64,000 bases of DNA from an uncultured bacterium (lineage in GTDB: Bacteria; Babelota; Babeliae; Babelales; Vermiphilaceae). Position 1 is the first letter of the stretch. Each line of letters starts with the position of its first letter. The stretch is taken from positions 128,001-192,000 of the forward strand of contig OY970212.1 of assembly GCA_963713925.1 (NCBI GenBank), given 5' to 3'. The notes under the pieces were generated by a model. That model was not told the origin of the DNA. It did no database searches and saw nothing but the letters and a program-made list of their open reading frames with translations. The position numbers were made by a program, and so were the translations under genes. Below, piece by piece: positions 21,130 through 31,658 of this stretch.

Positions 21130-22368
21130 ATGAAGCAAATAATATTATCTTTTTTACTTTTATCATTGGGTCAATTAGTCGCTGTAGCAAAACCATCTAT
21201 TACTATTTTAGGAACAGGGTATGTGGGACTTGTTTTGGGAGCGGGGTTGGCAGAACTTGGACATCATGTTATTTGCGCAGATATTGATACCTCAAAGATT
21301 AAATCACTAAAAAGCTCAAAATGTCCATTTTTCGAGCCAAATTTGGAGCCTCTTGTCGTTAAACATGCAGGATTAACTAAAAAACTTGAATTTACAAATG
21401 ATTTAGAAACGGCAATAGAAAAAAGTGATATTATATTTATCGCAGTGGCAACCCCCTCTCGAGATGATGGCTCCGCCGATCTTCAATATTTGTATAATGC
21501 GTTCCATTTAATTTGCGCTTGTATAAAAAAAGATCAACATAAAATTATTTGCATAAAAAGTACTGTCCCTGTTGGAACTGCACAAGAGCTGAGAATGAAG
21601 CTTGCGCAACAAGGCCTTGAAGAAAATATATCCATTGTTTCTAATCCTGAATTTTTGAGGCAAGGGACTGCAGTCACTGACTTCTTCAATCCGGATAGAA
21701 CAATTATTGGTGGAATAAATCAAAATGATATGGAAAACATAAGCTCACTTTTTGGTGCCATCACGCAAAAAAATCCAGTTGTTTTTACCGATAATTCAAC
21801 ATCAGAGCTTATAAAATATGCGGCTAATACATACTTGGCTGTAAGACTATCATTTATCAATGAAATCGATTCATTTTGTTCAAAAGTTGGCGCAAACATT
21901 ACAACACTTACAAAGGCCTTGGGTATGGATAAGCGTATTGGCCCTTACTATTTACGCCCAGGGCCAGGATTTGGTGGATCATGCCTTCCAAAAGATTCCC
22001 GTGCTCTTTTATATCAAGGAAACCAATACAATGTTCCGATGCGAATGATTAAAGCTACTTTGGAAGTGAATCAAGATCGAAAGCATGCTGTTGTTGAAAA
22101 AATAAAAGAGAAATGTGGAAATGATCTTGCTGAAAAAACAATTGGTATCATTGGTCTGTCATTCAAGCCAAATACTGACGACATCAGAGAATCGCCGGCG
22201 ATAGATATTATTAGGGAATTACTTGATTCTGGAGCTCATGTCATAGCGTACGATGATTTAGGAGGAGCGATTGAAAATATGAAAAAGATATTTCCTGATA
22301 TTCAATATGTAACTTCACAAAATGACATCATTGCATTAGCTGATACCTATGTTAACTTAAACAGTTAA
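21130..22368 (+). CDS. ugd: UDP-glucose 6-dehydrogenase, signal-peptide leader, shortened C-terminus
   Basis: GTGYVG, KSTVPVGT, NPEFLR, GFGGSCLPKD, FKPNTDDIRESP. Confidence 0.92.
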   Translation: MKQIILSFLLLSLGQLVAVAKPSITILGTGYVGLVLGAGLAELGHHVICADIDTSKIKSLKSSKCPFFEPNLEPLVVKHAGLTKKLEFTNDLETAIEKSDIIFIAVATPSRDDGSADLQYLYNAFHLICACIKKDQHKIICIKSTVPVGTAQELRMKLAQQGLEENISIVSNPEFLRQGTAVTDFFNPDRTIIGGINQNDMENISSLFGAITQKNPVVFTDNSTSELIKYAANTYLAVRLSFINEIDSFCSKVGANITTLTKALGMDKRIGPYYLRPGPGFGGSCLPKDSRALLYQGNQYNVPMRMIKATLEVNQDRKHAVVEKIKEKCGNDLAEKTIGIIGLSFKPNTDDIRESPAIDIIRELLDSGAHVIAYDDLGGAIENMKKIFPDIQYVTSQNDIIALADTYVNLNS

Positions 22369-22388
22369 GCAACCTATTAACAATAAGG

Positions 22389-23147
22389 ATGAGGATGAAG
22401 CGGCTAATTAATATAATTCTTCTATCAGGTTTTGCATTCAAATTACTAGGACATTATACGGCTGATGAATATATTACCCACGTTAAAAATGCTATAAAAA
22501 AGGCCAATAACTTAGAATCAAAACTTTCTCAAGATATTTTTAATATCGAAGGAATGTCTGGCCTTAAAATAAGGCACCTTCTTAATAATGTATGTGAACT
22601 TCCTGGGGGAAATTATTTCGAAATTGGGGCCTGGAAAGGATCCACATTTATTTCTGCTCTTTATAAAAATGATCGCTTGAATTCTAAAATCGTCTGTGAT
22701 ACCTGGCTATCTGGCACAAAAGAAGATTTTTTAGAAAATGTAAATACATTTATTCCAGAATCATCATTTTTCCTAATTAATGATGATTGCTTTCAAATTT
22801 CTTCTTCGCCAATATTTACAGAAAAAATAAATATTTATTTTTACGATGGGGAGCATTCTTATGAAGATCAATACAAAGCATTCACCTATTTTAATGATAT
22901 TTTCGATGATATTTTTATTGCGATCGTAGATGACTATTATTGGTATGATGTAAGACGGGGAACTGAAGATGCATTCGAAGATCTTGGCTATTCAATTCTA
23001 TTCGAAGAATATTTTGAACCTGATCTTTCAACACACCCTGAGTATGTTCAAAATGGCCTTTTTGATGGGCATGGTTGGTGGAATGGTCTCTATATTGCTG
23101 TAATTAAAAAATCAAATAAAGGAAATTCAAATGAAATTATCAATTAA
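22389..23147 (+). CDS. Class I SAM methyltransferase (Methyltransf_24-like)
   Basis: EIGAWKGST, YDGEHSY, VDD; hydrophobic leader. Confidence 0.8.
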   Translation: MRMKRLINIILLSGFAFKLLGHYTADEYITHVKNAIKKANNLESKLSQDIFNIEGMSGLKIRHLLNNVCELPGGNYFEIGAWKGSTFISALYKNDRLNSKIVCDTWLSGTKEDFLENVNTFIPESSFFLINDDCFQISSSPIFTEKINIYFYDGEHSYEDQYKAFTYFNDIFDDIFIAIVDDYYWYDVRRGTEDAFEDLGYSILFEEYFEPDLSTHPEYVQNGLFDGHGWWNGLYIAVIKKSNKGNSNEIIN

Positions 23148-23775
23148 CATACTTATGTTGCTGTGCTTTGCTAATGTATACAGCTCAAATCCATATCATT
23201 TAGACAATTTATTACCTTTAAATCTGTGGGGCTGGATCAACGAAAGTAACAAGCAGAGAATCGCTCAATTAATTCAGCAACATCATACTCAAGTAATAGT
23301 AGAACTTGGCTCATGGCTAGGCGCATTTACTCAATTTATCGCTGAAAATAGTGATAAAGATGCAAAAATTTATGCGATTGACGTTTGGGAAGAAACACCT
23401 GAATGCAAAGCAGCTATGTCATTATCAGAACAAGAATCAAAAAAGTTTTTTAGTAAGCTTTATCACCAATTTCTTTCAAATATAATACATCTCAATATGC
23501 AAGATAAGATTATACCCATTAAAATGACTACATTGGAAGCTGCACAGAAAATCGATATTATTCCGGATCTTGTGTATGTTGACGCATCTCATACAGAGAA
23601 CGATGTATACAATGATATAAAATATTGGTATCCAAAAATTGTTTCAGGAGGAATAATGTGTGGAGATGATTGGAGCTGGGACTCTGTAAGAAGAGGTGTA
23701 ACAAGAATAGCTCAGGAACTTGGTCAAACAATACATGTCGACAATAATTTTTGGTGGTTCAATCCTAAAAATTAA
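23131..23775 (+). CDS. Class I SAM methyltransferase (Methyltransf_24-like)
   Basis: ELGSWLG, YVDASH, GG.MCGDDW; signal peptide. Confidence 0.85.
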   Translation: MKLSINILMLLCFANVYSSNPYHLDNLLPLNLWGWINESNKQRIAQLIQQHHTQVIVELGSWLGAFTQFIAENSDKDAKIYAIDVWEETPECKAAMSLSEQESKKFFSKLYHQFLSNIIHLNMQDKIIPIKMTTLEAAQKIDIIPDLVYVDASHTENDVYNDIKYWYPKIVSGGIMCGDDWSWDSVRRGVTRIAQELGQTIHVDNNFWWFNPKN

Positions 23776-23796
23776 AACTCAAAAAAAAGGCATCAT

Positions 23797-24816
23797 ATGA
23801 AATTGTTAAATATACTATGCATAGGATCAGTAATACAATGCATATCTCTTTTCCCTTCAATCAATATATGGCAAAAAACCAACTTTATTTGGAATTTTGG
23901 AATAATTGCTTCAAGCAAAGTAGGATTAGACAAATTACCAATCCATTACTTTAGCACATCGCCGACATTCAACAAAGGCGCTTATCAAAATATAAAGAAA
24001 GGTGACATTGTTTGGGTTAAATGTGAATTCTTTCATTTATTTTGTAAACAAGTCTTACCTTACATCGATAATGAATTTGCTATAGTAATTGGTGATGGGG
24101 ATGAGTCATTCCCATCGCAATCGGGTTGCAGTCCAGAAGAAATAGAAGCAGTTCTTACAAACAAAAATATAATACATATTTTTGCACAAAATTATGATTA
24201 CTCTGGCCCAAGCACAAAAATAAGCCCTCTGCCTATCGGCATAGATTTTCACACCATAGCTTATAAAAGCGTTCACGGTGGTTGGGGTGAAGTTGGAACG
24301 CCGCAACAACAAGAAAATGATCTAAAGTGTATTTTAAGTACGTTCAAGCCAACATATCTTCGAAAGAAAAGGGCATTCGTAGATTTTCAATTGGCAGACA
24401 GTATATTACATGGAAACAACCAGAGATATCTTCAGCTTGGTGAAACGAGGACATCAATTTTTCAACGACTACTTCAAACAGGCTTGATAGATCATGGTGG
24501 TCGCATGAGAAGATCTGAGCTTTGGAAGACAAAAGGACAATATGTCTTTTCAGTTAGTCCTCACGGCAATGGACTTGATTGTCATCGAACCTGGGAAGAT
24601 CTTGCGCTTGGTTGCATAGTAATTGTTAAAACTTCCTCACTCGATCCCTTATATGAAGGATTGCCGGTAGTAATAGTCAAAGATTGGGGAGAAATTACGG
24701 AAGATAATATGACAAAATGGCTTAACCAATATGGTGATGCTTTCACAAACCCTTCATACCGAGAGAAATTAACAAATGCCTATTGGCTCAACAAAATAAA
24801 ATCAAAAATGGCGTAA
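23797..24816 (+). CDS. Exostosin/GT47-like glycosyltransferase
   Basis: SPHGNGLDCHRTWE.LALGCIVIV...LP.V.V.DW motif. Confidence 0.65.
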   Translation: MKLLNILCIGSVIQCISLFPSINIWQKTNFIWNFGIIASSKVGLDKLPIHYFSTSPTFNKGAYQNIKKGDIVWVKCEFFHLFCKQVLPYIDNEFAIVIGDGDESFPSQSGCSPEEIEAVLTNKNIIHIFAQNYDYSGPSTKISPLPIGIDFHTIAYKSVHGGWGEVGTPQQQENDLKCILSTFKPTYLRKKRAFVDFQLADSILHGNNQRYLQLGETRTSIFQRLLQTGLIDHGGRMRRSELWKTKGQYVFSVSPHGNGLDCHRTWEDLALGCIVIVKTSSLDPLYEGLPVVIVKDWGEITEDNMTKWLNQYGDAFTNPSYREKLTNAYWLNKIKSKMA

Positions 24817-24990
24817 TTGATCACTTATCCTTGATTCCGTATTGAATTAAATGGTGTGAGGTAAGCAAACTTACTTCATGCCTTTTTTTGTTTATATTCA
24901 AGAATCTTTTATCAATTGCTTTTGTCTATAAAAAAACGTCAATATAAAAAATAAGTCGCGATTGTTTGGTTTTTAATCTAGGGGCAAGGG

Positions 24991-25725
24991 GTGAATATGA
25001 CACATTTTTATCCGTTTTTGGTATCAATTGTTAATTTTTTTATATTCACAATAACAATGCCTATGGTACATATTTTTGGGGATAGTCATGCAGTATTTTC
25101 TTTCTCTCCTGATGCCATCCTGAAAACAGGAGTTTGGACAATATTTCAAAATAACCAACGGCACTACATTCCTTTTTCTATTCATTGGTTAGGTCCAATT
25201 ACGATGCATCGAGTTGGGAGAGATGGGCTCATTTTTCTTGACATTCGCAATTACAATATTCAAGAAAAAGATACAATAATTTTTGTATTTGGAGAAATTG
25301 ATGTACGTTGCCATATTAGAAAACAATGCGAACTTCAACAATGTCATTTTAATGAAATCATAGAGGAATTAGTTAGCAACTATTTAAAAACTATAAATAT
25401 CAATCGAGCAATGTATAAAGATCTTCACTGTATTATTTTTAACATAGTTCCCCCTAGCGATGCAGCATATAATCCAGATTTTCCTTTCTATGGGACACTT
25501 CAAGATAGGGTTCAGATTACGTATGCAATAAATAATACATTAAAACATTTTTGCAATTATCATGAAATTGACTTTTTAGAGATAAATGATTTGTTTATGG
25601 ACGCAGCAGGAGCATTAAGAAAAGATATAAGCGATGGAACTGTCCACATTCATCCTCAGCATAATCATTCTATAAAGGAAAGATTGCTGTCTATTTTATT
25701 AAAGAACAAATCAATAAGATCCTAA
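24991..25725 (+). CDS. SGNH/GDSL-like hydrolase or acyltransferase
   Basis: FGDSH, GEIDVR.H, C-terminal DGTVH. Confidence 0.7.
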   Translation: MNMTHFYPFLVSIVNFFIFTITMPMVHIFGDSHAVFSFSPDAILKTGVWTIFQNNQRHYIPFSIHWLGPITMHRVGRDGLIFLDIRNYNIQEKDTIIFVFGEIDVRCHIRKQCELQQCHFNEIIEELVSNYLKTININRAMYKDLHCIIFNIVPPSDAAYNPDFPFYGTLQDRVQITYAINNTLKHFCNYHEIDFLEINDLFMDAAGALRKDISDGTVHIHPQHNHSIKERLLSILLKNKSIRS

Positions 25726-25751
25726 ACCGGTTTCCGAGCAAAGATACTATA

Positions 25752-26837
25752 TCAATCATATATATAATTAAAAGTCATTCGAGGATTTATATATAATTTA
25801 TCATGGCCATTAATTATCATCGAAGCATGTAAAGTTACATGTTCACAAACAACCGGATATTGATAGGTGCAAGTAAAACCACTCATACGAAATACAACAG
25901 GATTTTTTTCCTGTCTAATAACAACCCCAACAAGTGGATCCGTAATTAATTCTGCAAAAGGAGCAGGTTGTGGTAAATAAGTACGCGTATGAAATCGCTT
26001 TAGTTCATCCCAATATTTTCTGACATAAAAATTATTTTTTAAACTATCCTCTGACAATATTTTCAATATCAATTTTTCCAAATCCGATGTAACCAATGCA
26101 GAATATCGACATCCCTTAAGGGAACTTCTTTTGTAAATGCCACATCCGCCGAATGCCGAATAAACTGGATACCAATCACTATTAAGATCTAACGACCTTT
26201 GCTTACCATACCACCAATCGTCTCCCACTACTTCCGGCCCCAAGGGCCATGTTGTGTCTCTTAGTGCATACCAATCGTAAAAATCTCCATTATTAACTAA
26301 AATTCCATTTGCAAAAACCGCATCCCATTCTTTTGCAGATAAAAAAACCTCTTTAATTCCTTCTAAATTAGGAAATATTTTAAAATCAAAATCCATCCAA
26401 ATAATATACGGATAGTTTTCATATTCTTCCGACATCGCCTTTTCTAACACTATGTTACGTGCCCGAGCAATAAGCTCGGGTCGAAATAAATCGTCTTTTG
26501 TTCTTGGATCAAAATCACAATTGATTATTGATTGTGACAAAACTGATTTTTCGATATTTTCAGAAAAAGCTGAAATTTTAGAATTATGGAAGGTCCATTG
26601 TTTAAGCATGCTCGGAGTTAAATCTGTTGAATTGTTTTCATACACAATGACACGATAATCTTCAAACATTGAGCCAATCGATTCTACAATAGAAATAGTT
26701 TGATTGAGCTGCTTGTCAACATTTTTGCACACACCACATATTAATACTTTGGCGGGTATAGTTGCGGAATTTATCATAAAAATATAAAAGGCTAATATAT
26801 GGAATATTAGTCTCAGCTGTCCTAAATTACCATGCAT
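25752..26837 (-). CDS. CAP59/GT69-like glycosyltransferase, paralog 2
   Basis: CGVCKN, YENNSTD, ARARN, DxD, YDWYALRD, SAFGG, CEHV.LH, INP. Confidence 0.7.
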   Translation of the reverse strand: MHGNLGQLRLIFHILAFYIFMINSATIPAKVLICGVCKNVDKQLNQTISIVESIGSMFEDYRVIVYENNSTDLTPSMLKQWTFHNSKISAFSENIEKSVLSQSIINCDFDPRTKDDLFRPELIARARNIVLEKAMSEEYENYPYIIWMDFDFKIFPNLEGIKEVFLSAKEWDAVFANGILVNNGDFYDWYALRDTTWPLGPEVVGDDWWYGKQRSLDLNSDWYPVYSAFGGCGIYKRSSLKGCRYSALVTSDLEKLILKILSEDSLKNNFYVRKYWDELKRFHTRTYLPQPAPFAELITDPLVGVVIRQEKNPVVFRMSGFTCTYQYPVVCEHVTLHASMIINGHDKLYINPRMTFNYIYD

Positions 26838-27888
26838 AAGTAAAAAGCATCCTTGGATTGATGTACAACTTATCATGACCGTGTGCAATCATAGAAGCAT
26901 GTAATGTTACATGCTCACATACGGAAGGATATTGAAATGTGTGTGTATTCATTCTCCAGATAATCGCATCTCGAGCAGTTCTTATTGCGATACCAACCCA
27001 AGGGTCTGTAATCGCAGGACCTTGTACAATTGGCTTTTCATAATATCTAATGGTGTGAAATGTTTTTCGTTCATGCCAATACTTCTTCACAAATTGATTA
27101 TTTCGAAGGCGCTCATCAGATAGAATGCGTGAAACTAATGTTTCCAAGTCAGGTGTAATCAATGCCGAATAATGACATCCTTGAAGTGATGATCTTTTAT
27201 AAACTCCGCATCCACCAAATGCGGAATAAACGGGATACCAGTTGCTATTTTTTGATAAAGTTAAATGTTTTTTTTGCCACCAATCATTGCCAATCACCTC
27301 AGGTCCAAGAGGATAATTTTTGTCTCGCAATGCGTACCAGTCGTATGTTTCTTCGGTTCCAACCACAACTCCGTTTGCAAAAACGGCATCCCACTCTTCG
27401 GTTGAGTAAAAAACTTCTTTAATACCTTCAAAGTTTGGCATAATTCTAAAATCAAGATCAAGCCAAATAATATATGGATAATCTTCATATTCTGCCGACA
27501 TTGCTTTATTTAACGCTATATTTCTTGCTCGAGAAATTCGTTCAGGTCGAAATAATTCTTTGAAATAAGTGCAAAAATTGACGATCTCCTTTGCTAGCAA
27601 AGCTTCAGAAACTACTTCGGTAAAAATAGAAACTCGGGCGTTTTGTTGTGACCATTGTATGAGCTTCTTAATAGTAGAATCCGTTGAATTATTTTCGTAT
27701 ATGATGACCCTATAATCATCAAACATACTCCCAATAGATTCTACTATATTTATAGTGCAAGGTATTTTACTTTCAATATTCTTACAAACACCACAAATAA
27801 GGACCTGTGTTGGTATGGTTGTATAAATAAATTGATAGCTGCTTAATACCAACAAACCTACCAAGCATTTCTTTAAAGACATAACCAA
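26827..27888 (-). CDS. CAP59/GT69-like glycosyltransferase, paralog 1
   Basis: Same motifs; tandem duplicate; signal peptide. Confidence 0.7.
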   Translation of the reverse strand: MVMSLKKCLVGLLVLSSYQFIYTTIPTQVLICGVCKNIESKIPCTINIVESIGSMFDDYRVIIYENNSTDSTIKKLIQWSQQNARVSIFTEVVSEALLAKEIVNFCTYFKELFRPERISRARNIALNKAMSAEYEDYPYIIWLDLDFRIMPNFEGIKEVFYSTEEWDAVFANGVVVGTEETYDWYALRDKNYPLGPEVIGNDWWQKKHLTLSKNSNWYPVYSAFGGCGVYKRSSLQGCHYSALITPDLETLVSRILSDERLRNNQFVKKYWHERKTFHTIRYYEKPIVQGPAITDPWVGIAIRTARDAIIWRMNTHTFQYPSVCEHVTLHASMIAHGHDKLYINPRMLFTYAW

Positions 27889-27906
27889 CTCCCGGCAAAA
27901 ATAATT

Positions 27907-28635
27907 TTATAGATCTTTATGCCTAAAAATTGCGTACCCATTGCGCAATTGCCAATTAAATTCTATGAGTTCATAATGAGGATCTTGCAGTAATGAATGA
28001 TAATTTTCATAGTTTTTAAAAGCATTGATATCATCAAGTAAAATGAATTTAGCTCCATACACGAGCTTTAATTCTGATTTTCCTGAAAATTCTGATCCGT
28101 CAATCAAAACAATATCGAAAAAATCTATTCCGTTAACCTGTTTAATATGTTCGATACCATTTTTAATAACATCATGAGATACAATGTATTGAATATCAAT
28201 ACCTAACCATCTTAAAACTTCCTGCAGAGGATAATTATTGAGATTGGTATGTGTCGAATAATAAAAATCAATGATCTCTTTTTTAGAAGGAAAAGCCTCA
28301 GCCGGAATTGATGAAACATTATAACATTTTACCCGCGGTTCATGAGCATATCTTCCTTGCAATGCAGCAAACCTCGTTTGAGAAATTTCCATACAGTACA
28401 ACGTTGGTTTATTTGGATTTCTTTGAATTCCTAAGGCAAAAGCTTCTGTGCTACCAGCACCGTTTGAAGATCCTATTTCTAAAATCGTTTTAATATCTTC
28501 AGTCTCGGAAATTCTGTAAATTGCCTGATAAAAAGAATCATTTTTAATTTCTGCAGGAATGATGATGCGATCAAGTGCAGAATTAGCATTTAAAGAAGGA
28601 ACAAAAAACAGTCCAAATAAATATTTTAATTTCAT
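27907..28635 (-). CDS. SAM-dependent methyltransferase-like protein
   Basis: LEIGSSNGAGST, LIDGSEF, LDD; signal peptide SLNA. Confidence 0.7.
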   Translation of the reverse strand: MKLKYLFGLFFVPSLNANSALDRIIIPAEIKNDSFYQAIYRISETEDIKTILEIGSSNGAGSTEAFALGIQRNPNKPTLYCMEISQTRFAALQGRYAHEPRVKCYNVSSIPAEAFPSKKEIIDFYYSTHTNLNNYPLQEVLRWLGIDIQYIVSHDVIKNGIEHIKQVNGIDFFDIVLIDGSEFSGKSELKLVYGAKFILLDDINAFKNYENYHSLLQDPHYELIEFNWQLRNGYAIFRHKDL

Positions 28636-28653
28636 TAAAATCCTCTTTATTTA

Positions 28654-29478
28654 TTAATTAATATCATTCCAAATAACTATATCACCCATTTTAATTGGCA
28701 CTTCATGAAGAACTTTTACTGATTTGCCTCTTTGTCGTAAAAGGTTTACAAACTCTGGAATTGAAAGAGGATTTATTTGAGGAAAGTGATTATAAATCAT
28801 GTAGCCTCTGGGAGCAAGATCAATAATAGACTCCATATATTTCATTTGTTCATCTCTATCAATTTCAGAAAAAGCATAGTTGCTGATGACTAAATCATAT
28901 TTTTTAGGTGAACCTAAATCAGTATGATTAATAGTTTTGAAGTTTTTGATTGCAAAATGAGATAAATACTTATTAATTAAAGGAGTAACCGCAGGAATAT
29001 CAATCATCGTATAGCTTCCAAAACCTGAAATGTCATTGACAATTTTGCATTGTCCTCCAAATCCTCCGCCTATTTCAACAATGTCAAAATTACTCAGGTC
29101 TCCAAATTCTCTCTGTAAATCCCCAAAAACTTTTACATATCTTAAAACGGTTGGTGAAATAGTTCCTATTTCAGGATAGTGAAAGCTAATAGGTGCTCCA
29201 AAAGAATCTTCTGCACAAATTTTGCTTAAATACGGTAGAATGTGAGAATAATGACATTTTATTTCATTTAAAAAAAATACACCGAAATCATAAATACCAC
29301 ATGTTTCTACAATGCCACGATATACAGGATTACTTCTGAATGTTCGGAAAACTGCATCATTTTGTGCAGCCAACAGACAAAAAGCTGGGTATGTATTATT
29401 ATCTGATATGCTTTTGGAAAAAATTGATTCAAAAGTGATAGTAAAAAAGCCTATAAACAATAAGGTGAGTCTCTTCAT
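28654..29478 (-). CDS. Putative sugar O-methyltransferase
   Basis: VEIGGGFGG, YDLVISNYAFSE; hydrophobic leader. Confidence 0.75.
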   Translation of the reverse strand: MKRLTLLFIGFFTITFESIFSKSISDNNTYPAFCLLAAQNDAVFRTFRSNPVYRGIVETCGIYDFGVFFLNEIKCHYSHILPYLSKICAEDSFGAPISFHYPEIGTISPTVLRYVKVFGDLQREFGDLSNFDIVEIGGGFGGQCKIVNDISGFGSYTMIDIPAVTPLINKYLSHFAIKNFKTINHTDLGSPKKYDLVISNYAFSEIDRDEQMKYMESIIDLAPRGYMIYNHFPQINPLSIPEFVNLLRQRGKSVKVLHEVPIKMGDIVIWNDIN

Positions 29479-29508
29479 TTTAATACCTTTCAGTGTTAAT
29501 TATTATCT

Positions 29509-30399
29509 TTATTCAATAGGACACAATTCAAATTCAAAACTTTTCAACTTTCCAGCCCAAAACGAGTAGTTCGACAATGGACGAATCAAACAATCAAAAC
29601 GAGTCATCGCAAACATATCTTCCAGAACGTTTCTGGTATGATGGTTGCCTGATTTCCGATAGTCATATTCGATGTTTGGGTAGTCTTTCAATTCTGAGTT
29701 CAAAGAGTTAACAAGCTTTTCCGGCTCTTGATCATCGGTAAAAATGAAAACATACAGAGGTTGATTATTGTATTGCTCGGAAAGTTTTTTAAGATGTTCT
29801 ACATAAAATGGCAGAGGAGGAAATTTGAGCGGAAAAATATGATCTACAAACTGTGCCGGTCTAGGCCCCTTGTGATCATAAGAAAGGGCTGGATCAAAAC
29901 CACCACCTCGCCTGATATGAAGGGCAACGGTGATTTTATTTTCGGGTAAGTCAGGCTCTTGAAATCTGTTGATCGGCTTGATCATGGAGCGTAGTTGATT
30001 CATAAATAGTGTATCATGCCAATCAACCGGAAAATAAATCATGGCATGCTCATTATAACTCATGTTTCTATCCCAAGCGAATTCGCTGAAATAGGGAACT
30101 TCGTAAATTACATCTTTGTTCACGTCAATCCGCATGTCTTGACGTGAAAGTCGAATAATCTTTCTATTTCTTACGTTATCAAATGGGATTTCTGATTTAT
30201 GGAGCACGAGCTGATCGGAATAAGGGAATGATTTGTACAACAACGGAATACCATATTTATATGAAATCCATTTCGCATGGGCGTATGAAATAAGATTATC
30301 ACCAAATCTACCTCCACTAAAACCATAGGTTACATATGCGCGAGCGTGTGCAACGCCATGCACCAGAAATAAAATACTCACTAAAATGTGCTTCATCAT
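29509..30399 (-). CDS. GT11-like (alpha-1,2-fucosyltransferase-like) glycosyltransferase
   Basis: GRFGDNL, ALHIRRG, FTDD, SNYSFWA; signal peptide AHA; adjacent to gmd/fcl. Confidence 0.7.
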   Translation of the reverse strand: MMKHILVSILFLVHGVAHARAYVTYGFSGGRFGDNLISYAHAKWISYKYGIPLLYKSFPYSDQLVLHKSEIPFDNVRNRKIIRLSRQDMRIDVNKDVIYEVPYFSEFAWDRNMSYNEHAMIYFPVDWHDTLFMNQLRSMIKPINRFQEPDLPENKITVALHIRRGGGFDPALSYDHKGPRPAQFVDHIFPLKFPPLPFYVEHLKKLSEQYNNQPLYVFIFTDDQEPEKLVNSLNSELKDYPNIEYDYRKSGNHHTRNVLEDMFAMTRFDCLIRPLSNYSFWAGKLKSFEFELCPIE

Positions 30400-30401
30400 G
30401 T

Positions 30402-31640
30402 TCATCCTATCGTAATACAAACATCTTCATCATCCAAAAACGAAATTTCATCAATATTCGCACATAAATCGTCAAACAACAATTCTTTTAAATCACACCT
30501 ACGCGTTAAAAATGTTGAACCGGACAGAGGGTATCTAAAATTTTCTGATGCATGTACGGGCTGCCATGCAAGTGCCCCGAATGATAATTCCACATAGGTT
30601 GAACCGGATGCGCGAAGATCATTGGCCGCATTAAAATATGCAACTTTTGCTCCCGTTTTTTCAAGATAATGTATTGCGCGTTGCGCATCTTGGTCAGAAA
30701 TATTTGTTGGTTCAGTAGAAACTAAAAGATAATCCGACGTACAATTGTCAATTGTGACATGCAATTGGCATCTCGGTGAAGACTTCGTAATGCGAGAAAC
30801 TGTTTTCCCTACACACTTTTTTTCAATATTTATCGGAATCTTCAATGGTTGATACGGAGCACGGGCCAATATGTAATCGCACAAAAAATGCTGTAATGAC
30901 TTATCAACTTGATGATCGTTAATTGGATTAAACTCGTTGTAAATATAGAGCACTTTTTCTATACATTTGTGTCTTCGGCCGCACATTTCAATTATAGGTG
31001 CCATAATTGCCTTATCGCAGGTCATTGGATAAAAATCGCCTTCGTACAAAACGTCTTTTAGTTTTATTTGTTTGAATATCCATGCGTAATAGGTTCTTAA
31101 ATGTGAAATCGGCAATTTACCTGGCGATTGGCGAAAGCGATTTGCTCGGATGATATCATCAGAAAATGGCTTACAAAAGCCAATCGTGTTATGTCGGTCG
31201 AATAAAAATTGGCCAAATGTCATCCATACGTCACTGTCGGCGTATACCCTATTGAGGTATTTCAAAACGTTACTATCAGCAAGCCAATCATCGCCATCAA
31301 CGTTGACTATGATAACTTCATCGGGACATGCATGAATAGCGTTATAAAAATTTGCCATTGCGCCACGGCGGGTTGAATTTGAAATGAGAGTCACTTTGTC
31401 TTGGGCATTATGCCTTTTGATTGTTTCCGTGACTCTTTCAAATGTTGTATCTGATGAGCAATCATCAATATAGACAACATGAAAACTCAAATAATCTTGA
31501 GTCAATATCGATGTAAGATTGCGTTCAACCCATTGCTCATTGTTGTAGGAGGGCACAACAATTACAAAGAATTTTTCTGCGTGAATCTGGATGAAAGCGA
31601 GGCTTCCAAGCAAATATGCAAAAAAGTGTAATAGCTTCAT
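30402..31640 (-). CDS. GT2 glycosyltransferase
   Basis: VVPSYN, IDDCSSD, VDGDDW; signal peptide IHA. Confidence 0.85.
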   Translation of the reverse strand: MKLLHFFAYLLGSLAFIQIHAEKFFVIVVPSYNNEQWVERNLTSILTQDYLSFHVVYIDDCSSDTTFERVTETIKRHNAQDKVTLISNSTRRGAMANFYNAIHACPDEVIIVNVDGDDWLADSNVLKYLNRVYADSDVWMTFGQFLFDRHNTIGFCKPFSDDIIRANRFRQSPGKLPISHLRTYYAWIFKQIKLKDVLYEGDFYPMTCDKAIMAPIIEMCGRRHKCIEKVLYIYNEFNPINDHQVDKSLQHFLCDYILARAPYQPLKIPINIEKKCVGKTVSRITKSSPRCQLHVTIDNCTSDYLLVSTEPTNISDQDAQRAIHYLEKTGAKVAYFNAANDLRASGSTYVELSFGALAWQPVHASENFRYPLSGSTFLTRRCDLKELLFDDLCANIDEISFLDDEDVCITIG

Positions 31641-31658
31641 ACTTTCGCTCCCTTTTAC

